A stretch of DNA of 64,000 bases from Eledone cirrhosa (lineage: Eukaryota). Both the position numbers and the translations under genes were made by a program. Below the pieces are notes generated by a model. It saw only the letters and a list, made by a program, of their open reading frames with translations, was not told the DNA's origin and ran no database searches. Below, one piece after another: positions 57,252 through 64,000 of this stretch (its first letter is position 1; each line of letters opens with the position of its first letter). The DNA lies in NCBI GenBank assembly GCA_964016885.1, contig OZ024740.1, forward strand, positions 93,744,001 to 93,808,000, written 5' to 3'.

Positions 57252-57401
57252 ATAAACTTGTTATAATGTCATACAAGTTCCTTTGTTCTTTTTCCTTAAT
57301 ATTTCTGCTATGCGTATACGCATAGAACTTAACTAGCTACCGTCGCATATGTGGTAGGTCGGGTGTGTGTGTGTGTGTGTGAAAGGTCGGTAGATAGGTA
57401 A

Positions 57402-57444
57402 ATATTGCTGATGAGTTGTAACAACAACGAAACTAGTTCAATAT
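57402..57444 (+). ncRNA. Minimal type I hammerhead (canonical core)
   Basis: ATATTG CTGATGA GTTGT aaca ACAAC GAAA CTAG TT CAATAT. Confidence 0.85.
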
Positions 57445-57869
57445 TCCTTGTCTGGCTTTCTGGAGAATAGGGGGAAGGTGTTCCCCCGAAAAACCAGTAT
57501 GACTCTAAAAACCGGTTTGTCTGTGTGTTTACATACAGAATAGCTGGGCCGCTCACTGTAAAGCGACCAGTGAAAGACTTGGTACACCTACATATGTATA
57601 CGTGTGTGTATTCATATACACACTAGTATTTCAGTATGCATATGTAGATGTACATTTTTAACTTAATTGTTTATGCGTCAGTCATACAAAAGTGAGTTAC
57701 AAACGAAACGAAATTTAATTTCGTTTCGTTATTTATTTTTATCGTCTCCGCTGAACCGTTGCGTACTCACACTCTATGCAAATTAGTCTGCCCACTACTA
57801 ATTTTCATAGAAAAAGCATATAACGATATGTGCTTTTACAATTCTCCAGAAAGGCCGGTAGATAGGTAA

Positions 57870-57912
57870 ATATTGCTGATGAGTTGTAACAACAACGAAA
57901 CTAGTTCAATAT
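57870..57912 (+). ncRNA. Minimal type I hammerhead, second copy
   Basis: Identical to 57402-57444. Stem I is extended by attctccagaaagg/ctttctggagaat. Confidence 0.85.
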
Positions 57913-58216
57913 TCCTTGTCTGGCTTTCTGGAGAATAGGGGGAAGGTGTTCAACCGAAAAACCAGTATGACTCTAAAAACCGGTTTGTCTGTGTGTTTAC
58001 ATACAAAATAGCTGGGCCGCTCACTGTAAAGCGACCAGTGAAAGACTTGGTACACCTACATATGTATACGTGTGTGTATTCATATACACACTAGTATTTC
58101 AGTATGCATATGTAGATGTACATTTTTAACTTAATTGTTTAAGCGTCAGTCATACAAAAGTGAGTTACAAACGAAACGAAATTTAATTTCGTTTCGTTAT
58201 TTGTTTCTATATATAT

Positions 58217-58286
<70 letters not shown>

Positions 58287-58344
58287 ATGAAATATATGAA
58301 ATATATGAAATATAAGAATGAAAGAGCTGCTCAAAACATTATTG

Positions 58345-58391
58345 TGCTTACAGCTGTTTCCTCCAAACCGAGGTTTGGATTCTTCGGAGCA
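58345..58391 (-). ncRNA. Hammerhead in 3' pLTR, CCGAAGA core
   Basis: TGCT CCGAAGA aTCCAAACC tc GGTTTGGAg GAAA CAGCTG TA AGCA. Confidence 0.8.
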
Positions 58392-59831
58392 ATTTATTAA
58401 TGCATGGACAGTTATATGACCTCCTTTTCAGCCGAGAGACATACCAATACATATTCAAACATTGATGCATATTCAAACATTGTGGGTCAACATTCATTAC
58501 AGAATTTAGAGTGGCAGTACACACTTCGAGATTACATTTATATTAATAGGTACAATCAAAAATCAAAGATATAGGTTAAAGTACAACATGAAGATAAGTG
58601 GTTATATAGTGCAAATGTTATATGTGTGGCACGCATGTGCGTCTTGTTTATATAGTGTGGCAGAGAGATATGTGTGGTAGAGGCACTAGGGTAGGTAAAT
58701 AAGAGTGTTAGGTTGGTAGATCTGGTGGCAAAGTCTTTATATGATTGATATAGTCTGTGTGTGGAGAAATATTATAAGCATTAAAGATAGTGCAAGCATT
58801 AAAAGTGTTATAATTATTGGAGATGCACAGCGCAGGGATGTCAAGTATTTCATGTACTTCGGCATTTTCATGGTCAGGGGAGTGTATATTTCGATTATAT
58901 GCCTTTCACATAATCCACGACAATCCAGTTAGAGATCGTAGTCTGGTGTTCTTTAGTTCGATACAGGAGGTTGTTACGTTTCGAGAAACGCCATTGAATA
59001 CCGGAAGTGTGTGTGTGGCTAAGGGGAGTTAATGCGTGCGGGGAGGTAACTCTGGTGTTTCTATATCTAGCCATTAAAATGTGTCCCAATATAGACCCTA
59101 AATTCTATGGTGATGTGCACCTTCCAAGAGAGACTTTTAAAGCATAAAGTGTATTAACTATAGAGTAGTTTAACTGAGTTATGCTGAAGGTGATCATATT
59201 ATTATGGTGGATTAACTCATCTTAAGGTGCTACAAATGAAAATTATAGATGATGAGCGAGGATTCTAAATTAATGATCTCTGTGGTTGTAGTCTGCTCAT
59301 ATGACCAGGCGCGGTGATTGTAGGATTGCTTCAGGACCCAATGATCTCTGGTAAGATCTGGGTCATCGCTTGCTACATTGGATGTCGAAAGATAATCGTC
59401 CCCAGGCAGGCCAAAGGTCAATCCGCAGTCCTCGCGACCCCTCTCTGACCGTCAGATCATCCATATACGTACAACCCGCCCGGCAGTTGCATTGCATTCA
59501 CTCACTGCGCTCAGCAGCCCGGTCCTACTGGTCAACAGCGCTACTCAATTAAATCATTTCACATCTGTCTAAGGAAGGTGTTTCCTCTGCCCAACACTAT
59601 CCAACCGATCAATTCATGCTCAAATTACCCTTAGAGCGGTGTAGTGCCGTTCAAGTGGGTGGATGTTGTCACACCTGCCGTAGAGGTATAAATGGGTATT
59701 TTCCCTGCGAAGGGTTCCAGAGGGATGTCGTTGTTTGTGTTATAATGGATCAGCTAGTGTTGGGTATGTAGTATAGGGTGTGTCCCTGGTGTTTGATGCT
59801 AGATGTGGTGTTAGGTTCCAGTCCGACATTG

Positions 59832-62291
59832 CTATATATAGGGCTTAAAGTTTTGGAAGGAATGTCTGAGGCGGTGCTGGCAAGTTGCAAACACCTCAGA
59901 TTTGTTGTTAAGTAGGTTACGGTTGGAGAAGATAATATTGTGTGTCTCTAGTATAAAGAGGTTACAGAATTTATTAGGTGGTTTGTACGAGGTCGCGCTG
60001 CCTATCACTTCCCATTTGAGTGTGTATGGTTTATTTTTAGATTTTAGATAGTGTATGTAGCTAGAAAGTGAGGTGGAGTTGGCTAGGCTGTGCTTTTTGA
60101 ACGAGTGGATGTGCGAGTTATATCTGATTTTGAAGCAGTTAGAAGTGGAGCCTACATAGGTTTCTGAAGAGTTATTAGTCGTGACTGTGCATGAGTATAT
60201 GACATCCTTGGTTAGGCATTTTTTATCTAAAGGGCAGGTTCTATTAGCTCTACAGTTACAATTATCCTGTGCGTTAGTCCGCTGGTTATAATGCAAAGCG
60301 GAAGTCTGTGTGATGGATATAGGATTCTGGGTCTTCGGGTTGACAACCCTGGTGTTATTACTTATACTAGTGTTATTTCTATTGTTACTGCCGTTGCTAT
60401 GGTTGCTTGCTACAGTGGTATTTAGAGGGTTTGCATCCCGTTGTGATTTTGTTTGTTGGAAGTAAGAACTAATTTTACTATTATTGCTGCTAGCTATGCG
60501 GTATGCTAAGTTAGGCGTCGTAGAGTATGAGATTTTAATGGTGTTTTTGTTTAAGAGGTTGTGGTACTTGTGTCCTAGAGGGAAGTTTTTATCTAGTAGT
60601 GAGAAGAAAGCCCTAGGTATGTTGGTGGAGACATTTAGGTTGAAATGAAGGTTGAAAAATGTATTATTTCTTCTTCTATTTTTACTTTTAGTGTTTGGTG
60701 TGTTGCTTCCTCCTAAGGCCCCACAGTAGTTTCCATGGTAATGGTTACTTCCGGTGGCACCCTCCGCTTTGGTGCACTTGTGGTTGCTATTCCTATTATT
60801 AGATTTCCTCATGGACATGTTGTGCGAGATGATGTTGTAGCTATGTGTTTTCTTATGTAGGAACTCAATTTCTATATTATGGCCGGAGCTAGCTAATGCT
60901 TGATTGTAATATTGTGAGTTTTTGCTAAATATGTTTGCGTCATAGGACAGACTAGAGATTCTATTGGACACCCCCTTAGAGATAGAGTTTAATATTGATC
61001 TAGGGTGATTAGACTTGGTATCTACGTAAATAAGTTTCTCATTAGGCTTATGGAAAGGTGTATATATTTTTGAGTCTAGGTATAGTGTGGGGTCTAGGAA
61101 GTTAACATTTTTAGTGTTTTTGTCCATGGTGATACTAAGGTTAAAGTTTTTGAATGTCTTATGCAGTTGTTTTCTAGTTCTTTCTATATTACATTTTTTA
61201 TATTCTATGAGTAGAAGTGCATCATCGCGGTACAAACCACCGTTGAGGTAAGGGAGGTCTTTATGGATTTCATTGAGGAGGTATAGGCCGACCAAATCAG
61301 TGACCTGCGCCGAGTCACTAGATCCCATGGTTATGTCGAAGTTGTTGTGCGTATCCTTGCGTGTCCATAGTTGGTCCTCGAAGGTGATTATGGTTTTACG
61401 GGCTGCAAGGATGACATCAACCTGGGCTCTAGTCAGGTCGCTATTGGTCATGGCCATGATAAGTGCCTTATTTAATAGGATAGGGGAAATAGAGGTGTAG
61501 TATGAATTGATATCAAATTGAATACATTTTTTGTTCTTATTATTCTTGATATCCTTGAACCATTCAATTACTTCACCCGTATTTCCCCATTGTTTAAGGT
61601 GTATCGTGTGTTTAATTTGTGGGATGATTTTATCCAAAATCTTCTTGCTGATAATACCAATGTCGGACTTGGAAGGGCAGATAAGTCTTATCGTGGGGTT
61701 GCTGATGAAGTTCTCCTTATGGTCCTTCAGAGAGAATCTAGGGGGATTCGGAGTGAAAGGTTGTGTATGCCTCTGTAGTCCTAGTTTAGACACTATATTA
61801 TAACCCTCTACATTAATATCTTCTAAGTTTTTCAAGGTGGTTTTTTTGTAGCTTTTATGTAGTTCATTATATATAAACTTTCTATAAGTAATATAATCTA
61901 GGCTGTATATGTTATTAGTTTTATCTGCGTGTACAATAATTTTATTACTAGTTTTGAATCCATTAATAGAAGTGTTAAGTTTATTTAAGAAGGTGTTGCT
62001 TCTAATATGGTGCTTATTGTATTTAATGTTCTTAACTAGTTTAACTAGGTCATTTTCAAAGGAGTTAAGTAGAGTGTTATGAGGGGGGCTTTTAAAGGTT
62101 TTAAAGCCGAAGGAGTCAAAATTGTTAGTATTATTCAAGTTGTTAGATTTGTTTCTATCATAATGGAATGTCCTCCATCTCACTCTATTGATAAATGAAT
62201 TTACACTGTTGATCAGCAATTTCTCAGATGTATTCCTGGATGGAATTGGTATGTTCTTGGTTGACATGGGGAGTTGGTCTTTGATTAGCAT
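59832..62291 (-). CDS. PLE reverse transcriptase with C-terminal GIY-YIG endonuclease (819 aa, open)
   Basis: QFDINSYY, MGSSDSAQV, GLYRDD, VNFLD, CNCRANRTCPL, VIYSC..TYVGST..FKIRYNSH, LLNNKSE..CQHR. Confidence 0.95.
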   Translation of the reverse strand: MLIKDQLPMSTKNIPIPSRNTSEKLLINSVNSFINRVRWRTFHYDRNKSNNLNNTNNFDSFGFKTFKSPPHNTLLNSFENDLVKLVKNIKYNKHHIRSNTFLNKLNTSINGFKTSNKIIVHADKTNNIYSLDYITYRKFIYNELHKSYKKTTLKNLEDINVEGYNIVSKLGLQRHTQPFTPNPPRFSLKDHKENFISNPTIRLICPSKSDIGIISKKILDKIIPQIKHTIHLKQWGNTGEVIEWFKDIKNNKNKKCIQFDINSYYTSISPILLNKALIMAMTNSDLTRAQVDVILAARKTIITFEDQLWTRKDTHNNFDITMGSSDSAQVTDLVGLYLLNEIHKDLPYLNGGLYRDDALLLIEYKKCNIERTRKQLHKTFKNFNLSITMDKNTKNVNFLDPTLYLDSKIYTPFHKPNEKLIYVDTKSNHPRSILNSISKGVSNRISSLSYDANIFSKNSQYYNQALASSGHNIEIEFLHKKTHSYNIISHNMSMRKSNNRNSNHKCTKAEGATGSNHYHGNYCGALGGSNTPNTKSKNRRRNNTFFNLHFNLNVSTNIPRAFFSLLDKNFPLGHKYHNLLNKNTIKISYSTTPNLAYRIASSNNSKISSYFQQTKSQRDANPLNTTVASNHSNGSNNRNNTSISNNTRVVNPKTQNPISITQTSALHYNQRTNAQDNCNCRANRTCPLDKKCLTKDVIYSCTVTTNNSSETYVGSTSNCFKIRYNSHIHSFKKHSLANSTSLSSYIHYLKSKNKPYTLKWEVIGSATSYKPPNKFCNLFILETHNIIFSNRNLLNNKSEVFATCQHRLRHSFQNFKPYI

Positions 62292-62540
62292 ATTGGCAAT
62301 ATTATATGTCAGCTCAACGATATGGAGCAGTTAATAGCATTAGTTATACTATTTATGGTTATGCAAATACAAAACCTTAAGCAGTTGTAAGTATTTTACA
62401 CACACCCTAAATAGTGGTAGGCAGTAATGTATTACTACCTTATTACCAGTAAGTTAAGTAGCTCAATGTAAAAACATCAGATGATTTACAGAGCAGTTAT
62501 ATGAAATATAAGAATCAAAGAGCTGCTCAAAACATTATTG

Positions 62541-62587
62541 TGCTTACAGCTGTTTCCTCCAAACCGAGGTTTGGATTCTTCGGAGCA
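62541..62587 (-). ncRNA. Hammerhead in 5' pLTR, CCGAAGA core
   Basis: Identical to 58345-58391. Confidence 0.8.
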
Positions 62588-63692
62588 ATTTATTAATGCA
62601 TGGACAGTTATATGACCTCCTTTTCAGCCGAGAGACATACCAATACATATTCAAACATTGATACATATTCAAACATTGTGGGTCAACATTCATTACAGAA
62701 TTTAGAGTGGCAGTACACACTTCGAGATTACATTTATATTAATAGGTACAATCAAAAATCAAAGATATAGGTTAAAGTACAACATGAAGATAAGTGGTTA
62801 TATAGTGCAAATGTTATATGTGTGGCACGCATGTGCGTCTTGTTTATATAGTGTGGCAGAGAGATATGTATGGTAGAGGCACTTAGGTAGGTAAATAAGA
62901 GTGTTAGGTTGGTAGATCTGGTGGCAAAATCTTTATATGATTGATATAGTCTGTGTGTGGAGAAATATTATAAGCATTAAAGATAGTGCAAGCATTAAAA
63001 GTGTTATAAGTATTGGAGATGCACAGCGCAGGGATGTCAAGTATTTCATGTACTTCGGCATTTCATGGTCAGGGGAGTGTATATTTCGATTATATGCCTT
63101 TCACATAATCCACGACAATCCAGTTAGAGATCGTAGTCTGGTGTTCTTTAGTTCGATACAGGAGGTTGTTACGTTTCGAGAAACGCCATTGAATACCGGA
63201 AGTGTGTGTGTGGCTAAGGGGAGTTAATGCGTGCGGGGAGGTAACTCTGGGGTTTCTATATCTAGCCATTAAAATGTGTCCCAATATAGAACCTAAATTC
63301 TATGGTGAAGTGCACCTTCCAAGAGAGACTTTTAAAGCATAAAGTGTATTAACTATAGAGTAGTTTAACTAAGTTATGCTGAAGGTGATCATATTATTAT
63401 GGTGGATTAACTCATCTTAAGGTGCTACAAATGGAAATTATAGATGATGAGCGAGGATTCTAAATTAAGCACAATAATATTTTGAGCAGCTCTTTGATTC
63501 TTATATTTCATATAACTGCTATGTAAATCATATGATGTTTTTACATTGAGCTACTTAACTTACTGTAATAAGGTAGTAATACATTACTGCCTACCACTAT
63601 TTAGGGTGTGTGTAAAATACTTACAACTGCTTAAGGTTTTGTATTTGCATAACCATAAATAGTATAACTAATACTATATATATGTATAAATT

Positions 63693-63775
<83 letters not shown>

Positions 63776-63792
63776 ATATATATATATGTATG

Positions 63793-63860
<68 letters not shown>

Positions 63861-64000
63861 GTATATATATATATATGTATATATATATGTATACATACAT
63901 ATATATATATGTATATATATGTATATACATATATATGTGTATATATATTAATATATATCAGGAGATACAAAGCAGGCTTTGTTTTTATAGCTTCTAATTG

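Larger units (their letters stand above)
51684..57360 (+). mobile_element. Penelope-like element 1 with ~345-bp direct pLTRs (51684-52028, 57017-57360)
   Basis: Direct terminal repeats, each with a hammerhead. Decayed RT + GIY-YIG ORF. ~2.3-kb 3' extension. Confidence 0.92.
57381..58203 (+). repeat. 468-bp tandem repeat (~1.75 units), retrozyme-like
   Basis: gaaagg.cggtagataggt at 57381 and 57849. One hammerhead per unit. Lies between (GT)n and (TA)n. Confidence 0.9.
58304..63676 (-). mobile_element. Penelope-like element 2, complete: inverted piece + pLTR + ORF + pLTR
   Basis: Direct repeats ~58304-59272 and ~62499-63468 (offset ~4196). 63466-63676 is an inverted copy of ~62335-62546. Confidence 0.95.

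Overview
Eukaryotic, animal-like repeat-saturated window with no confident host gene. The repeat mix resembles cephalopod/mollusc genomes, but that is an impression only. Long (TA)n tracts, plus (TAA)n, (GATA)n, (CA)n and (GA)n, are interleaved with retroelements: decayed RTE LINEs and RTE-derived bipartite non-autonomous elements; three Tx1/L1-clade LINEs; a stack of R4/Dong RLE LINEs separated by (TAA)n; and several Penelope-like elements (PLEs), one with an open 819-aa RT + GIY-YIG ORF and pLTRs. DNA transposons are a hAT with an 8-bp TSD and a non-autonomous Helitron. The main unannotated signal, read by eye, is about 20 type-I hammerhead ribozyme motifs from roughly a dozen sequence families. 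They lie in PLE pLTRs, in 312-bp and 468-bp retrozyme-like tandems and in fold-back palindromes. Four unrelated families carry a compensatory U3-A8 core (UUGAWAA) and three carry CCGAAGA. One mini-element fuses the first ~35 codons of a PLE ORF directly to its ribozyme, and one inverted pLTR copy starts at the predicted cleavage site. All ribozyme calls are manual folds and untested. The YIYIYI ORFs are microsatellite artefacts.
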